Shown piece after piece: positions 29,195-42,602 of a stretch of 64,000 nucleotides of DNA. How positions within the stretch are numbered: the first letter of the stretch is position 1; each line of letters opens with the position of its first letter. Both the position numbers and the translations under genes were made by a program. Source of the stretch: Minisyncoccota bacterium (GTDB taxonomy: Bacteria; Patescibacteriota; Minisyncoccia; Phycocordibacterales; PALSA-1337); assembly GCA_041662725.1 (NCBI GenBank), contig JBAZRX010000004.1, positions 2,668 through 66,667 of the forward strand, written 5' to 3'. The notes under the pieces were generated by a model. The model made no database searches. It was given only the letters and a program-made list of their open reading frames with translations, and had not been told where the DNA came from.

Positions 29195-29242
29195 TATTGT
29201 ACCACGAGGCCTCGCCTCGAGGCGAGGCCTCGTGGTACAATA
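29195..29242. promoter_or_regulatory. 48-bp perfect palindrome, putative bidirectional promoter
   Basis: tattgtaccac-gaggcctcgcctcgaggcgaggcctc-gtggtacaata; TGGTACAAT lies 6 nt before the ATG on each strand. Confidence 0.8.
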
Positions 29243-29247
29243 GCAAC

Positions 29248-30300
29248 ATGTTTAGCAAGCAACTCGACATCCTAGCTGTTGGAGATATTACAACTGACAC
29301 ATTTATTCGTCTTAAAGATGCTCATATTCATTGCAGAGTAGATCATGAAGAAAAAGAGCTTTGTCTTCCATTTGGAGAGAAAGTTCCTTTTGAGTACGTA
29401 AAAATAATCAAAGCTGTAGGCAATGCCGCGAATGTTGCTGTAACTTCTAAACGACTTGGTCTTAAAACAGCCATTATGACAAATATTGGTGATGATCAAA
29501 ATGGTAAAGATTGTCTCGCTGAATTACAGAAAAATGGGATAATGACTTCTAATGTTATTATCCATAGTAACAAAAGAACAAACTATAACTTCGTATTATG
29601 GTACGACGTTGATAGAACTATTTTAGTCAATCATACAGATTATGATTATCATCTACCTGCAAGTCTAATAAAAAATAAATCTGCAAAGACCGCACCAAAA
29701 TGGATATATTTGACTTCTTTGTCAGCCAATACTTTTCCATACCATATGCAAATAGCTGATTATCTGGAAGCAAATCCTACGATTAAATTGGCTTTTCAAC
29801 CGGGTACGTACCAAATAAAGCTTGGCATTAAAGAATTAGAGCGTATATATAAACGTGCTGATTTTTTTATTGTAAATATGGAAGAAGCCAGAAGACTTCT
29901 TTTAGAGGCGAGGCCTCGAGGTGAAGCCTCGAGGTCAGGCCTCGAGGCCTCGCCTCGAGATCTTCTAAAATCTATTCATGACCTAGGTCCTAAACTTGTT
30001 GTTATTACTGATAGTTCTAACGGCGCTTATCTATTTGATGGTGATCATTATTATCACATGCCTATATATCCTGATGCACGACCACCATTAGAACGAACTG
30101 GCTGTGGTGATGCTTGGGCCGCTACTTTTGTCGGAGCGCTTGCTCTCGGGAAGACACCTTTAGAAGCTTTGATGTGGGCACCAATAAATCCAATGTCTGT
30201 AGCTCAGTTTATCGGATCTCAAGAGGGACTTTTACACTTAGACCAATTAGAGTGGTGGCTTTCTAGAGCACCAATGGATTATAGACCTAAAGAAATTTAA
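29248..30300 (+). CDS. PfkB-family carbohydrate kinase with repeat insertion
   Basis: GNAANVA, IGDDQNG, ERTGCGDAW; start reassigned to MFSKQ at 29248. Confidence 0.9.
   Translation: MFSKQLDILAVGDITTDTFIRLKDAHIHCRVDHEEKELCLPFGEKVPFEYVKIIKAVGNAANVAVTSKRLGLKTAIMTNIGDDQNGKDCLAELQKNGIMTSNVIIHSNKRTNYNFVLWYDVDRTILVNHTDYDYHLPASLIKNKSAKTAPKWIYLTSLSANTFPYHMQIADYLEANPTIKLAFQPGTYQIKLGIKELERIYKRADFFIVNMEEARRLLLEARPRGEASRSGLEASPRDLLKSIHDLGPKLVVITDSSNGAYLFDGDHYYHMPIYPDARPPLERTGCGDAWAATFVGALALGKTPLEALMWAPINPMSVAQFIGSQEGLLHLDQLEWWLSRAPMDYRPKEI
29905..29956. repeat. in-frame 4x13-nt array
   Basis: Encodes [17 protein letters not shown]. Confidence 0.95.
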
Positions 30301-30397
30301 AATAACTAATTAAAGCGGGTATGGCTTACAAAGTGACAATTCCTCACAGCTTTAAATCTGGCGGGATTTTGCCCCGCGATATGAATACCCTTTATAA

Positions 30398-31687
<1,290 letters not shown>

Positions 31688-31691
31688 TTAT

Positions 31692-32405
31692 TTAATTAAT
31701 ATTTCTCCACCATTCTGATATAGGAGCTTTTTTAATGACATTTATAACTTCATCCATAGAATCAGTGATGGTCATAAGATCAAGGTCATGTTTTTCAATA
31801 GTTTTATTATTTTCATACATTTCCTTAGCAAGAAAGTCGTGAAATTGATTCCAGAATTTTGAATTAAATAAGATAATAGGCATACGCGGGATTTTACCGG
31901 TTTGAACTAAAGTAAGAACATTAAAAAGTTCATCAAAAGTTCCAAAACCTCCGGGGAAGAAAATAAAAGCTTCCGCGGCAAACATCATCATTGTTTTGCG
32001 AGAAAAGAAATAAGAAAACTTAATTGCGTGAGTTACGTAAGCATTAGTAGTGCGTTCATGAGGCAAACTAATATTCATTCCTAAAGAAACACCTCCTGCT
32101 TCATAGGCACCTTTATTGGCAGCTTCCATAATACCTGGACCACCACCTGTGATTAGCGCATATTTTAATTCTGTAACAATACGTCCAGCTAGCATCTCAG
32201 CATTTTTATAACTTTCGCTATCAGACTTAGCTTGTGATGAACCAAAAATTGTTACTGACTTTGGATATCTCTTTAAAAATTCAAATCCGTCACTAAATTC
32301 ATGATTAATATGTTCTAAATGAGCAGTAATATCACCACCGTGTATATCACTTTTCCCAAAAGAAGCTTCTGGTGAGGTTTTGTCCTCGATTTTATTATTT
32401 GACAT
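31692..32405 (-). CDS. LOG family protein (TIGR00730 Rossmann fold)
   Basis: ITGGGPGIMEA, PGGFGTFDE. Confidence 0.93.
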   Translation of the reverse strand: MSNNKIEDKTSPEASFGKSDIHGGDITAHLEHINHEFSDGFEFLKRYPKSVTIFGSSQAKSDSESYKNAEMLAGRIVTELKYALITGGGPGIMEAANKGAYEAGGVSLGMNISLPHERTTNAYVTHAIKFSYFFSRKTMMMFAAEAFIFFPGGFGTFDELFNVLTLVQTGKIPRMPIILFNSKFWNQFHDFLAKEMYENNKTIEKHDLDLMTITDSMDEVINVIKKAPISEWWRNIN

Positions 32406-32427
32406 GGCAATAGTATAGCAAATTTTT

Positions 32428-32466
32428 CGACCCAGTAGGTGATTTTGCTAAATCAGGCCTCGCCTC
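32428..32466. repeat. intergenic long REP-like module
   Basis: cgacccagtaggtgattttgctaaatcaggcctcgcctc. Confidence 0.9.
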
Positions 32467-32472
32467 GAAATC

Positions 32473-32510
32473 AAAACACCCCGCGGTTTTTCAACCACGG
32501 GGTGTTTTTT
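32473..32510. terminator. intrinsic terminator downstream of the RRM gene
   Basis: aaaacaccccgcgg...ccacggggtgtttt. Confidence 0.75.
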
Positions 32511-32547
32511 AAAAGCTGGACCGAATGAATCGGAGAGAATCTAAAGC

Positions 32548-32799
32548 TTACGCCTTAGGTCTTGCTTCTGAAACGACGATCTTGCGACCATCTAATTCAG
32601 AACCATTAAGCTTTGTAACGGCATCAGCGGCTTCTGTATCTGAAGCCATCTCAACGAAGCCGAAGCCCTTTGAGCGACCAGACATTTTGTCCATGATAAC
32701 CGTCGCAGATTCAACTGCGCCAACCTGTTCGAAGTGTGTCTTCAGGGTCTGGTCAGTCGTACCCCAGGCAATACTGCCTACGAAAAGTCTCTTTGACAT
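32548..32799 (-). CDS. RRM RNA-binding protein
   Basis: LFVGSI (RNP2), SKGFGFVEM (RNP1), EARPK; start MSKRLFVG. Confidence 0.95.
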   Translation of the reverse strand: MSKRLFVGSIAWGTTDQTLKTHFEQVGAVESATVIMDKMSGRSKGFGFVEMASDTEAADAVTKLNGSELDGRKIVVSEARPKA

Positions 32800-32942
32800 T
32801 TTCTTTTGTTGCCCGCACAACGAATCACATAAAGTAACGCGCTAGCGGAGATCTCGTACATTAATTGCTAACGCGTAAGTGACGAGAATACCTACACGCC
32901 AATAATATAGCATAGGTTAACAGATTGAACAAGGGACGCTTA

Positions 32943-33020
32943 GAGGCCTCGCCTCGAGGCGAGGCCTCGAGGTGCCTCTAGAGGTCAGGCCTCCACACCG
33001 CCGCAGAGGCCTGACCTCTA
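32943..33020. repeat. repeat dimer plus 12-nt-loop hairpin overlapping the stop of the giant gene
   Basis: gaggcctcgcctcgaggcgaggcctc...tagaggtcaggcctc-cacaccgccgca-gaggcctgacctcta. Confidence 0.93.
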
Positions 33021-36000
33021 TGGTGCTGGAGGAGTGGTTGTTTCTGGTGCAGTTGTTGGACTTGGTACAGAGGTTGGAGCAGGTGTAGGGTCAATCGTGA
33101 CCGTTACGCTTGGAGTTGGTGAAGTTTCCGGAGATGCTGTAGGAGCTGGAGTTACTGTTGCTGGATCTGGAGTAGTGCTTGGTGTAGGGGTTGGGGTTAC
33201 TACTGTTGGATCTGGAGTAGCACTTGGAGTTGGTGTAGGCGTTATTGTAGGAGTTGGGGTTACATCAGGTGTTACTACAGTTGAAGATGGAGCTGTTTCT
33301 GGGGTTGTTGTTGCACTTGGTGTTGTCGTTGCGCTTGGTGTAGGAGTTGGAGTTACTGTTGCTGGAGTAGCGCTTGGAGTTGGTGTAGGCGTTATTGTAG
33401 GAGTTGGGGTTACATCAGGTGTTACTACAGTTGAAGATGGAGCTGTTTCTGGGGTTGTTTCTGGTGCTGTCGAAGGTGCTGGAGTAATAACCGGTGTAGG
33501 TGTAGGAGTAATAACTGGTGTTGGAGTTGGTGTAGGTGTGATACATATTCCTTGGACTTTATTCCACTCGCCGTTCTTAATGTTTATACAATATACTTGA
33601 CCTGTATTTTGATCAACGAATTCCAAACCTTGAGAAATTGCGGCAGTCTGTGTCTTGATAGTTTGTGTTTTGATATTATCTGTTTGAAGATCTGTGAAGA
33701 CTGCTGATTTTGCACTAATCTTTTCAACTACCCAATCTCCTGCTTTGGCTATGAGATCCTTTACTGCTTGCGCTATTCTTTCAATGAATGACTCTGAATT
33801 GATGTACTTCGTTGTAGAAGCAAGATCTGAAACAAGTGCTGTAGTTGAGGCGAACAATGCATTCACACGATCTCTGAGGCTAACAAATCCTAAGGTGGTA
33901 GAAGCTAATGAAATCTTCGTAGAATCAAGTGCTGTGATAGCAGAAGCAAGATCTGATGTGGTGGTTGATAGAATCTTAGAAATTGAGATGTTAGCAGAAC
34001 CTAATTCTTGTACAGCTCCAACTAAGTAAGGAGTAAGTCCTGCGTAGTTCATTGTGTAATAACCATCCTTACCTTGTGATACTAGATCTGGGAAGACTGG
34101 TAACACTTCCTGAGCAATGAGACCGGCATGTAATGATGTGCTATCGCTTTCTGAACCCCAATTATATTTAGTTGGTCTAAGTTTCATTATAGAAGCAAGA
34201 CTAGATGAAGCAGAAATTGGAGTTATGTTTTTCTTCAAGCGACTATCAGAAGAACAATTCAATGAACCTGTAGTTGGGTTGATGTAACAAGAACCTGTAG
34301 AGTTTGTAAATTGAGCAACGACTCCAGATAATTCATTATTTCCGACAGCCAATAAGTAGCTTGGACTTGATGTTCCGATACCAACGTTTCCTTCTCCTGT
34401 AATTCTGAAACGTTCAACTGGAGCTGAACCCTCAATATTATTAAGAGAAATTGCAAAGTCCATATTCGTTGATGTTCTAATGGCATCAAGGAATACTTTT
34501 CCATCATTTGTGTTATTGAATGGATCTGAAGAAACTGCATATGTTATACGAGAACGTGCTCCAGTCGTTGTGCCAAAGTTTACTGCGCGCAAACCTTCAA
34601 AAGTATCATCAGTTACTCCGAGTGCTTGGAATGAACCACCAGCGATACGTGCTTGTCCTTCAGATGTAATAGTACTTATATCATTTGAAATAGTACCTCC
34701 TGTTATTGAGAACTTCGTAACAGGATTTGCTACACCGATTCCAACATTTCCATTTTGCATAACGGTTAATCCTGAAATACCAGCTACATTCAATCCTCCA
34801 GCAAATGTTGAAGTCGCTGTTGTTGAAGTTGCTGTAAATGATTCAGCAATTGATTTTTCGGCTTGTGACTCGGCAATCAAAGCTTCTAATTCTGAATTTG
34901 AAGTAATTAGAACGTTAATCTTTTGCTCCTGCTCTTGAATAGCCTTAACAATAATAGGTGTGATCCTTGCATAATCAACATTGTCTGCTCTACCATCTTT
35001 ATCAAAACCAACAACTTGTGGTGCTGTACTTGCCATTTCTTCAGCAATGAAACCTATTTGATTTCCAAGAACTCCTATTTCTGGTTTATAATCAAAGGAA
35101 ACTGGTCTCATCTTCATAACTTCTGCAAGTCCCATACCAATATCTTCAATATTATCCTTATAACGTAACGATGATGGATTACATGCCGTGGTTGAGTATG
35201 AAAGCAATCCATTGGCATCCTGACAGATGTATCTAACACCCGCTGAGCTACTCAAGCTAGGTAAAACTAAACCGCCCCCATCAGTAACCCTCATTCCCTC
35301 AGAACCGCCTTTATTACTAAAGATTAGATCTGGACTATCTCCAGTAGAAACACCTATATAATAATTAGTATTGGTAGTTCCACGACCAATTCCTAGAGTA
35401 AATAGATCCGCTGAATTCAAATATGTCCTGCCACCGTCAACAACAAGTTTTGCAGAACCATTAGTCGTTGTACCAATACGTACGCCACCTCCGCTATTAA
35501 TTCTCATTCTTTCACTTCCATTAGTCCAGAAACTATTAGCACCAGTAGCACTGCTGTTAAACATTTCAAGATTATTCCTACGATCAGTAGTGCTAAAGGC
35601 GGAATTAATATATTGAATTGTTCCACCAACTGTTCCGCTTTCTGAAAGAGTCACACGTGTTGAACCTGAACTAAGTGTTGAGTCAATATTTAGGATAGTA
35701 TTGGCTGCACCTGCAAGCGCCAGAATTTGAGTTGGAGAAGTCGTCCCAATTCCCACATTCCCTCCACTTGTTGCAAAGTAAGCATTACCTGTTGAACCAA
35801 TCTGAGTCGTTGAAGCAAACCCTAGTGTTGTAAGTCCTGTGACATTTAATGTTGAAGCAAGTGTAGTTGCACCAGAAACATTCAATGTAGAAGTTGCTGT
35901 CATTGCTCCGCCGAAGAATGAGGTGCCGGAGACATAGGAGTTGCCTTGGACTGCAAGTGTTTTTGAAGGAGTGGTGGTACCAATTCCAACATTGCCAGAT

Positions 36001-39000
36001 TCATCAATACTCATTTTAGTGATTTCATCAATCTGGAAGTTAATTTCACTAGTAGATTCCGAAGTACCTATTGAGAGAGTGTTCTGATTATTGTTATATC
36101 TCATATATGCACCTAAGGTACCGCCATCATAGAAAGTTAAAGCGGTATGATTGATGTCAGCAGTAGATTCAGTATTATCAATTCTGAGCTCAGTAGTAGT
36201 TACGTCAGAATCATTAGTTATATGCAAAATAGTCAAAGGAGCACTTTCGTTAACACCTACTTTATTAGTACCATCACCTATTTGAATATTAGTATCACCA
36301 GAATTGATAAGTCCTAATGTGTTACTAGTACTATTCCAATTTAGATAACCATATGAACCCGTATCAGCAGAATCTCCCAAAATTATTCTTGGACTATTAC
36401 CATCTTCCAAAGCCCATATTTCGCCATTAACTTCTAGTTTGGCACTAGGACTATTCGTCCCAATTCCAATATTTCCACTAGAATCAATAGTCAAAGCTCT
36501 GTAGCTTGCATTAGTAGTCAAAGCATCTGAAGTTGTGCCGATTGCAAAACTTCCAGTGTTTGATTCCATGAACCAGTGCTTCTGATCGGTTGCAGCATTT
36601 GTATCAGAAATTGTTATCTTTGGTGCTGTAGCTCCGGCGACTTGTAAGAGTGAAGTTGGAGTAGTGGTGCCGATGCCGACATTTCCACCGTTTGTGATTC
36701 GTAACTTTTCACTTAGAGTTGGAGAATTGTAAGTTGAGAAAGCTAATCCTTCTTGGCCGGCCGCTTCATATATTTTAGATATTCTTGCTGTTACAGTGTC
36801 TCCAGAACCTTCAGAAAAATCAATGCTTGCACCAGAACCTGTATTTGAATCCGCTGTTTGTAACTTTAATAACGTTCTTAATGTACCTACTGTTCCAGTA
36901 TTATATATATGTAAGTTTGTTGTTGGAGTAGCGGTACCGATACCGACATATCCTGAAGAACTTTGAACAGTGAAGTTTGATGGGCCGGTTATTCCTCCAG
37001 CAAACGTTGAAGTAGCTGTTGTAGATGTTGCAACAAAGTTTTGTGCAACAACTTGACCGGCCACGGAGAGTTTAGAATATGGTGAAGTGGTACCAATACC
37101 AACATTACCACTATAAAGGATTCTCATTCTTTCAACAAGATTCGCACCACCAGTAGTACCAGTTGGAGCAGTATGGAAAGCTAAGCTTCCACCCCAAGAC
37201 GAGTTATCGTCAAGAGCAGAAATACCAGCAATGTTATATTCACCATAACCAGGATTAGCACCTACTAAACCACTACCAATTCCATTTGTGAATCTGATCA
37301 ATGATCCTGAACCGGTACTACTGTAGTAACCAGCTAATCTCATTACCTCAGTCAAAGTTGCGCTACCTGGATTCTTGAATATATGTAGTTGCGCTCTAGG
37401 AGTTGTTGTACCGATGCCAATATTGCCTCCACTAGTTGCAAATGTTGCTCCTCCAATAAATGTTGAAGTGGCTGTTGATGATGTAGTTAATCCTGCGACT
37501 GTGAGTGTTCCAGTTGCGGTGATGTTGGCGACTGAAAGATTACCTGAAATAAGGGCGTTGCCTTGAACGGAGAGAAGTTGTGAAGGAGAAGTTGTTCCAA
37601 TTCCGACATTGCCAGTTATTGAAAATCCAGCGCCATTTAAAGCTCTTTTAATAAAACTATCTCTTACCGCATTTCCAGGACCAAAAGCTATTTCTGCATT
37701 TCCAACATCCAATCCAAATGCAAGGCGTTGGTACGCATCACCCGCTAAACCAGTTCCAAAAACTGCCCAATCAACGCCATTTCCAGCAAAAGCCGAAACT
37801 GTTCCATAATCATTCATTGTCCAACTATAGGCACCACGAGAAGGAGTAAAATTAAATACATTTAAACCATTTGTAGTAGAAACAACATCTAACTTACTTG
37901 CTGGATTCGTCGTCCCGATGCCAACATTACCACTAGCTGTTGCAAAGTATGCATTACCTGTAGAACCAATCTGAGTTGTTGAAGCGTAACCAAGAGTTGT
38001 AAGTCCTGTGACATTCAAAGTTGATCCAAGTGTAGTTGCTCCAGAAACATTCAATGTAGAAGTTGCTGTTATTGCTCCACCGAAGAATGAAGTACCGGAA
38101 ACATATGAATTACCTTGGACTGAAAGTGTTTGTGAAGGAGTGGTAGTGCCGATTCCTACAAAACCATCTTGTGCAATAAACATTCTTACTTCATCGTTAC
38201 TATTAACAAATTTAAATCCTTCAGTTGTTCCTCCGTTAGCTAAAGTTTTAAATATAAAGTCATTATTTAAAGCACCTGATACAATAGTATCTTCCCCGTT
38301 TTCCAAAACTTTAAATACAGTATATCCAGTAGCTCTTGCATTATTAGTAATTAGAAATCCATCATTATTTCCAATATCAATCTGTAGTTTGTTAGTTGGC
38401 ATTATAGTTCCAACTCCAATATTCCCATTTTGAAGAACACTCAATCCCGAACTTCCCGCAACATTCAATCCTCCAGCAAATGTAGAAGTAGCTGTCGTTG
38501 ATGTTGCTAAGTAAGCAGCGGCTGTTGGAGTTGAAGATGAAACTAAAGTTCCACTACCATCAGATGTAAGAATCATGTTCTTACCAAGGTTTGAAAGTGT
38601 GAGAGTTGATGTGGAAGTTATAGTTCCGCCGACAAAGAGATTGCTTGAAATGTAAGCGGAGCCTTGGACGGAGAGATTGGTTGAAGGTGAAGTTGTTCCA
38701 ATTCCGACATTGCCACTACTTGTAATCCTCATCTTTTCTGCTACGACACCAGCTAAGCGAGTTGAGAATGATATAGCGCCTTGACCACTATCGTTAACAA
38801 GCTCATTAATACCACTTATAGATGCTCTAACAATATCATTTCCAACATGGACACCTCCAAATGCCATCGTTCCGACAACTTGTCCTGCAACTGATGCTGA
38901 TGTTGTGTTGTAGATATTCAAAACAGGTGCAGTAGAATCAGCTGAGCGGACATCTAATTTCTGAAGAGGATTCGTCGTCCCAATTCCCACATTCCCTCCA

Positions 39001-41810
39001 CTTGTTGCAAAGTAAGCAGAACCTGTTGAAGTCAAAGCTGTAGTAGAAGCATATGTAGCAATTAACTTAGTACCATCAAAGGTTAGAGCTGAGTTATCTG
39101 TTAGCATTCCTCCTGTTGAAGCGAATGGAACTCTACCTGATGTGAGTGAGGAGATAGATAGAGCGGTGGTGGAAGCGTATGGGAAAGTTGAAGCAGTTGT
39201 TGAAGTAGAAGTGATCGCTCCGCCAACAAAGAGATTACTTGAAATGTAAGCGGAGCCTTGAACTGCAAACTTCGTTGAAGGAGTGGTAGTACCGATGCCG
39301 ATGTTACCATTAAATATAGTATTGGTATTTGCAAAAGTTACAGCATTTGTTGAATAAGAATTTATTGTATCAAGCCATAAAGTCCCGCCGTGGATAGCTG
39401 CACTCCCAACTACATCTAATTTATAAGCTGGATTAGTTGTTCCAATTCCCACATTCCCTCCTGTTGTTGCCAAATAAGTTGAACCCGTTGTCGTTAATTG
39501 AGTAGTTGAAGCATAACCAAGAGTTGTAAGTCCTGTGACATTCAAAGTTGATCCAAGTGTCGTTGCTCCTGAAACATCCAATGTAGAAGTTGCTGTCATT
39601 GCTCCACCGAAGAATGATGTGCCAGAAACATATGAGTTACCTTGAACTGCAAAAGTTGTAGCTGGTGAAGTTGTTCCAACACCAACAAAACTATTTAGAG
39701 TATCAATAGATAAGACTGGGGAAGAAGCCGCGTTGGTGAATGAGAAAGTATTTAAACTATTTGATTGTGGTGTAAAGACGAGAGCTGGATTTGAACCATT
39801 CAAAGCAATCGTCGTACTACCAAATTCATTTGTTGAGAAAGTTACTTCTCCAGAAGATCCTTCATACTGAATACGAAGCTGTGGAGTTGAAGCTGAAGAT
39901 AATGCTAACGAACCACTTGAGATAGAACCGCCTTGATAAACATTTCCACTATTATCAACTCTGAAAAGAACTGCGCCTGAAGTATCTGTGTAATTTATAA
40001 AATCTCCAGATGGAGCTGTATCAGTATTGCGTACTGCCATGATCATCGTGTCACCATTATTTTGTTGATGAATAGCAAGATTAGCAGATGGTGAAGTTGT
40101 ACCGATACCAATGTTACCTAAATTATTCCAAATACCTGAACCTGGGAAGTAAGCTATGTCTGAAACTGAAATCTGTGTAGTGGAAGCATTTGATAATGTC
40201 GCCAACCCGATGACATCAAGAGTTGAAGAAACTGTAACTGCTCCATTGAACAAACTTGTATTGTTTACGACAAGTACAGAAGTTGTAGTCGTACCACTTA
40301 CTGTTAATTTTCCAGCTGCTGAAAGATCTCCAGTGAAAGTTCCTGTTGAACCAGAGAATGATGAACCTGAAATAGTTGCACCTGAAATACTTACATCAGA
40401 TATATTACCGCCTGCAATCGTTATATTCGTTAAAGTACCTCCTTTAGATAAATTAGAAATGACATCAGCGATAGTTTTTCCTAAATTGTCATAAACAACA
40501 ACCGTCTGTCTTATATCATGACTAGTATTGTTTGCTATCAAAGATTCCAAATTCGTTAACCTACTATATATAGAGGGATCTACTGCATTCAAGTAAGTAA
40601 TTTGCTGTTGCGTGATCACTCTGGTATTAGTAGTGTTAGCGGCAATAGTGTTTGTTGTTGTAGAAACATTCAACTTACCACCGGTTAGAACAGTAGTATC
40701 AGTGTTATCAGAGTTTGCGACAACATTATTTCTATAATCATCTGGAATACTACCTTGAGCATCACCCGAGAATACCAACACCATCGGTTTGTCATCCGAG
40801 TTACTACCTTGAGTATCACCCGAAAGTACTAAAGTTACAGGTTTATCATCTATACCAAGAAAGTCTCTAACTGATGCAATTAAGTTTTTCTTTTTATTTG
40901 ACCACCAATTACCAACTGAAGAATTAACTCCTTCTACAATACTTGCTACATGTTTAACATTTGAACCTCTCTCTATCTTTGCAGAATTAGTCAAAATAGA
41001 TTCAACCATATCTATACCCTGCAAAAATGGAATGGTTGTCTTGGCTAACATAGAAACCGCACTTGATGGACTATCTATAAAAACAAAACCAATGATCATT
41101 CCGACTCCAACTAAAGTTCCGGCAGCATAACTATAAGACTTTCTACCAAATTCCATCGGAGACTTCACCGACCTTGCTCGCTTAAATAATTTAGTTGTTA
41201 CATTCTCGTTAGATCTATCAGAAAATTTAACCTCCAATCTACTGCCATGTAAATCTCTATTTTTTGAATCACTTTCTCCATCCGAGATATTAGAAGCTAC
41301 AAAGGGATTATGGGCTGTTTTAGACAATCTCGGCAAGAAAGATTCCTCATCCTGAGCATAACTAATTTTCCACTTTAATGGTGTAGGAATTGATGACGAT
41401 TCATAATCCTCGCCACGTGATAATTTTGAATTATTATTAGATGCAAAAACTGGAATTGTAGATTCAATATTCTGCTTTTCTGATTTTAAAGATACAGTTT
41501 TTGATTCCGAGATTGATTCAGAATCTAAAGAATTTTTAGAGGTGGTTGTAGAAAATAATTCCTGTATTTCTTGTTCATCAGCTGGGAAAATCTGTGGTTG
41601 TTTTTTAACGCATCCAAAATGTTTTCGTGTATTTTCTTTGTACTCAAGAAGGGCTTCCTCGTCTATGTACCAGGTTCGCCCGAACATCTTGGCGGGAACT
41701 TTACCAGAACGGCAAAGTTGGCCAACATAATCGTTTGTGTACTTAGTTATCTCGGCACCTCGTCTGGACGAGATATAGGCTTTTCCCTCAATGAGAATTG
41801 AATCTTTCAT
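33018..41810 (-). CDS. giant (~2930 aa) surface fibre-like protein: N-terminal [13 protein letters not shown] repeats, two S74-like chaperone domains, PT-rich tail
   Basis: [26 protein letters not shown]; many GNVGIGTT repeats; SSLRYKDNI and SDSRLKKNI motifs; start taken as MKDSILIEG. Confidence 0.85.
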   Translation of the reverse strand: MKDSILIEGKAYISSRRGAEITKYTNDYVGQLCRSGKVPAKMFGRTWYIDEEALLEYKENTRKHFGCVKKQPQIFPADEQEIQELFSTTTSKNSLDSESISESKTVSLKSEKQNIESTIPVFASNNNSKLSRGEDYESSSIPTPLKWKISYAQDEESFLPRLSKTAHNPFVASNISDGESDSKNRDLHGSRLEVKFSDRSNENVTTKLFKRARSVKSPMEFGRKSYSYAAGTLVGVGMIIGFVFIDSPSSAVSMLAKTTIPFLQGIDMVESILTNSAKIERGSNVKHVASIVEGVNSSVGNWWSNKKKNLIASVRDFLGIDDKPVTLVLSGDTQGSNSDDKPMVLVFSGDAQGSIPDDYRNNVVANSDNTDTTVLTGGKLNVSTTTNTIAANTTNTRVITQQQITYLNAVDPSIYSRLTNLESLIANNTSHDIRQTVVVYDNLGKTIADVISNLSKGGTLTNITIAGGNISDVSISGATISGSSFSGSTGTFTGDLSAAGKLTVSGTTTTSVLVVNNTSLFNGAVTVSSTLDVIGLATLSNASTTQISVSDIAYFPGSGIWNNLGNIGIGTTSPSANLAIHQQNNGDTMIMAVRNTDTAPSGDFINYTDTSGAVLFRVDNSGNVYQGGSISSGSLALSSASTPQLRIQYEGSSGEVTFSTNEFGSTTIALNGSNPALVFTPQSNSLNTFSFTNAASSPVLSIDTLNSFVGVGTTSPATTFAVQGNSYVSGTSFFGGAMTATSTLDVSGATTLGSTLNVTGLTTLGYASTTQLTTTGSTYLATTGGNVGIGTTNPAYKLDVVGSAAIHGGTLWLDTINSYSTNAVTFANTNTIFNGNIGIGTTTPSTKFAVQGSAYISSNLFVGGAITSTSTTASTFPYASTTALSISSLTSGRVPFASTGGMLTDNSALTFDGTKLIATYASTTALTSTGSAYFATSGGNVGIGTTNPLQKLDVRSADSTAPVLNIYNTTSASVAGQVVGTMAFGGVHVGNDIVRASISGINELVNDSGQGAISFSTRLAGVVAEKMRITSSGNVGIGTTSPSTNLSVQGSAYISSNLFVGGTITSTSTLTLSNLGKNMILTSDGSGTLVSSSTPTAAAYLATSTTATSTFAGGLNVAGSSGLSVLQNGNIGVGTIMPTNKLQIDIGNNDGFLITNNARATGYTVFKVLENGEDTIVSGALNNDFIFKTLANGGTTEGFKFVNSNDEVRMFIAQDGFVGIGTTTPSQTLSVQGNSYVSGTSFFGGAITATSTLNVSGATTLGSTLNVTGLTTLGYASTTQIGSTGNAYFATASGNVGIGTTNPASKLDVVSTTNGLNVFNFTPSRGAYSWTMNDYGTVSAFAGNGVDWAVFGTGLAGDAYQRLAFGLDVGNAEIAFGPGNAVRDSFIKRALNGAGFSITGNVGIGTTSPSQLLSVQGNALISGNLSVANITATGTLTVAGLTTSSTATSTFIGGATFATSGGNIGIGTTTPRAQLHIFKNPGSATLTEVMRLAGYYSSTGSGSLIRFTNGIGSGLVGANPGYGEYNIAGISALDDNSSWGGSLAFHTAPTGTTGGANLVERMRILYSGNVGIGTTSPYSKLSVAGQVVAQNFVATSTTATSTFAGGITGPSNFTVQSSSGYVGIGTATPTTNLHIYNTGTVGTLRTLLKLQTADSNTGSGASIDFSEGSGDTVTARISKIYEAAGQEGLAFSTYNSPTLSEKLRITNGGNVGIGTTTPTSLLQVAGATAPKITISDTNAATDQKHWFMESNTGSFAIGTTSDALTTNASYRALTIDSSGNIGIGTNSPSAKLEVNGEIWALEDGNSPRIILGDSADTGSYGYLNWNSTSNTLGLINSGDTNIQIGDGTNKVGVNESAPLTILHITNDSDVTTTELRIDNTESTADINHTALTFYDGGTLGAYMRYNNNQNTLSIGTSESTSEINFQIDEITKMSIDESGNVGIGTTTPSKTLAVQGNSYVSGTSFFGGAMTATSTLNVSGATTLASTLNVTGLTTLGFASTTQIGSTGNAYFATSGGNVGIGTTSPTQILALAGAANTILNIDSTLSSGSTRVTLSESGTVGGTIQYINSAFSTTDRRNNLEMFNSSATGANSFWTNGSERMRINSGGGVRIGTTTNGSAKLVVDGGRTYLNSADLFTLGIGRGTTNTNYYIGVSTGDSPDLIFSNKGGSEGMRVTDGGGLVLPSLSSSAGVRYICQDANGLLSYSTTACNPSSLRYKDNIEDIGMGLAEVMKMRPVSFDYKPEIGVLGNQIGFIAEEMASTAPQVVGFDKDGRADNVDYARITPIIVKAIQEQEQKINVLITSNSELEALIAESQAEKSIAESFTATSTTATSTFAGGLNVAGISGLTVMQNGNVGIGVANPVTKFSITGGTISNDISTITSEGQARIAGGSFQALGVTDDTFEGLRAVNFGTTTGARSRITYAVSSDPFNNTNDGKVFLDAIRTSTNMDFAISLNNIEGSAPVERFRITGEGNVGIGTSSPSYLLAVGNNELSGVVAQFTNSTGSCYINPTTGSLNCSSDSRLKKNITPISASSSLASIMKLRPTKYNWGSESDSTSLHAGLIAQEVLPVFPDLVSQGKDGYYTMNYAGLTPYLVGAVQELGSANISISKILSTTTSDLASAITALDSTKISLASTTLGFVSLRDRVNALFASTTALVSDLASTTKYINSESFIERIAQAVKDLIAKAGDWVVEKISAKSAVFTDLQTDNIKTQTIKTQTAAISQGLEFVDQNTGQVYCINIKNGEWNKVQGICITPTPTPTPVITPTPTPVITPAPSTAPETTPETAPSSTVVTPDVTPTPTITPTPTPSATPATVTPTPTPSATTTPSATTTPETAPSSTVVTPDVTPTPTITPTPTPSATPDPTVVTPTPTPSTTPDPATVTPAPTASPETSPTPSVTVTIDPTPAPTSVPSPTTAPETTTPPAP

Positions 41811-42210
41811 TCGCAGGTAATTATACATCAGCATTCTTTTTTTTTGTTCAAAATTTTTCTGTGGATAACGCATTACACTGAATATTTTTTAAAAAGTATA
41901 CGGCCTTGTTACAACCGATCTCGGAGCACATTATTAGAACAAGAATTTTGCTATGTTTACAAACTTTAGTGTATAAAAAACGCAAAAAAAATTTCTAAAA
42001 TTTGTTAGAGATTTTTTAAACATATTTTTAAAGTTCTAAGTTCGTAGTAAAATTATTACAACGTATTTTTTAAAGATTTCTAACAAATTTTTAATTTAAC
42101 GATAGAAAAAAGCGGTATTTTAAGTATTATAAAGACTAATAAACATTAATAAACTATGATATAATAGAAGCATACAAATTAATAACCTCTATTAACCTTT
42201 ATAAAACAAT

Positions 42211-42459
42211 ATGGACATTTCCAACATAAAACTTATAACTATAAAGCAGGCATCAAAAATCTTAGGTGTGACAACCCTAACCCTACGCAACTGGGATAAC
42301 AACGGTAAGTTTGAAGCCTCTCGCCACCCTATTAATAATTACCGAGTTTACAAAATTTCTGACATCGAAAGACTGCTCATAGAGATAGAAGCTAGCAAAG
42401 GAAAAAGACCCGATAAAAAAGCAGTTAGAAAACTCGTAGTCCAACATCTAACAGAGTAA
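42211..42459 (+). CDS. MerR-type HTH DNA-binding protein
   Basis: ITIKQASKILGVTTLTLRNWDNNGK...NNYRVY. Confidence 0.88.
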   Translation: MDISNIKLITIKQASKILGVTTLTLRNWDNNGKFEASRHPINNYRVYKISDIERLLIEIEASKGKRPDKKAVRKLVVQHLTE

Positions 42460-42471
42460 AAGTTATCCACA

Positions 42472-42574
42472 GGTCAGCTCGCTAGGAGGCCAGGCCTCCA
42501 CACCGCCGCAGAGGCCTGACCTCCTAGCGAGCTGACCGCAGAGGCCTCGCCTCGATGAGCTTAGGCCTCGCCTC
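42472..42574. repeat. 12-nt-loop hairpin with locus-specific extended arms plus monomers
   Basis: ggtcagctcgctaggaggccaggcctc-cacaccgccgca-gaggcctgacctcctagcgagctgacc. Confidence 0.92.
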
Positions 42575-42602
42575 TAAAATAATTATCTGCTATTCTAATG
42601 TC

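Noticed and set aside
29062-29300. ORF-track N-terminal extensions of fba and pfkB that overlap each other and contain EASPRGEAS
   Set aside because: They arise because the palindrome has no stop codons; family-like sequence starts at 29189 and 29248.
32800-32905. Structured 5' UTR of the RRM gene as a thermosensor
   Set aside because: Plausible by analogy, but I could not identify a specific structure or motif by eye.
33034-33600. 188-aa Val/Gly-rich ORF on the + strand
   Set aside because: It is the antisense shadow of the Pro/Thr-rich tail of the giant protein.
33018-41810. Prophage tail gene
   Set aside because: There are no neighbouring phage genes, and the TM anchor and PT-rich tail indicate a cellular surface protein.
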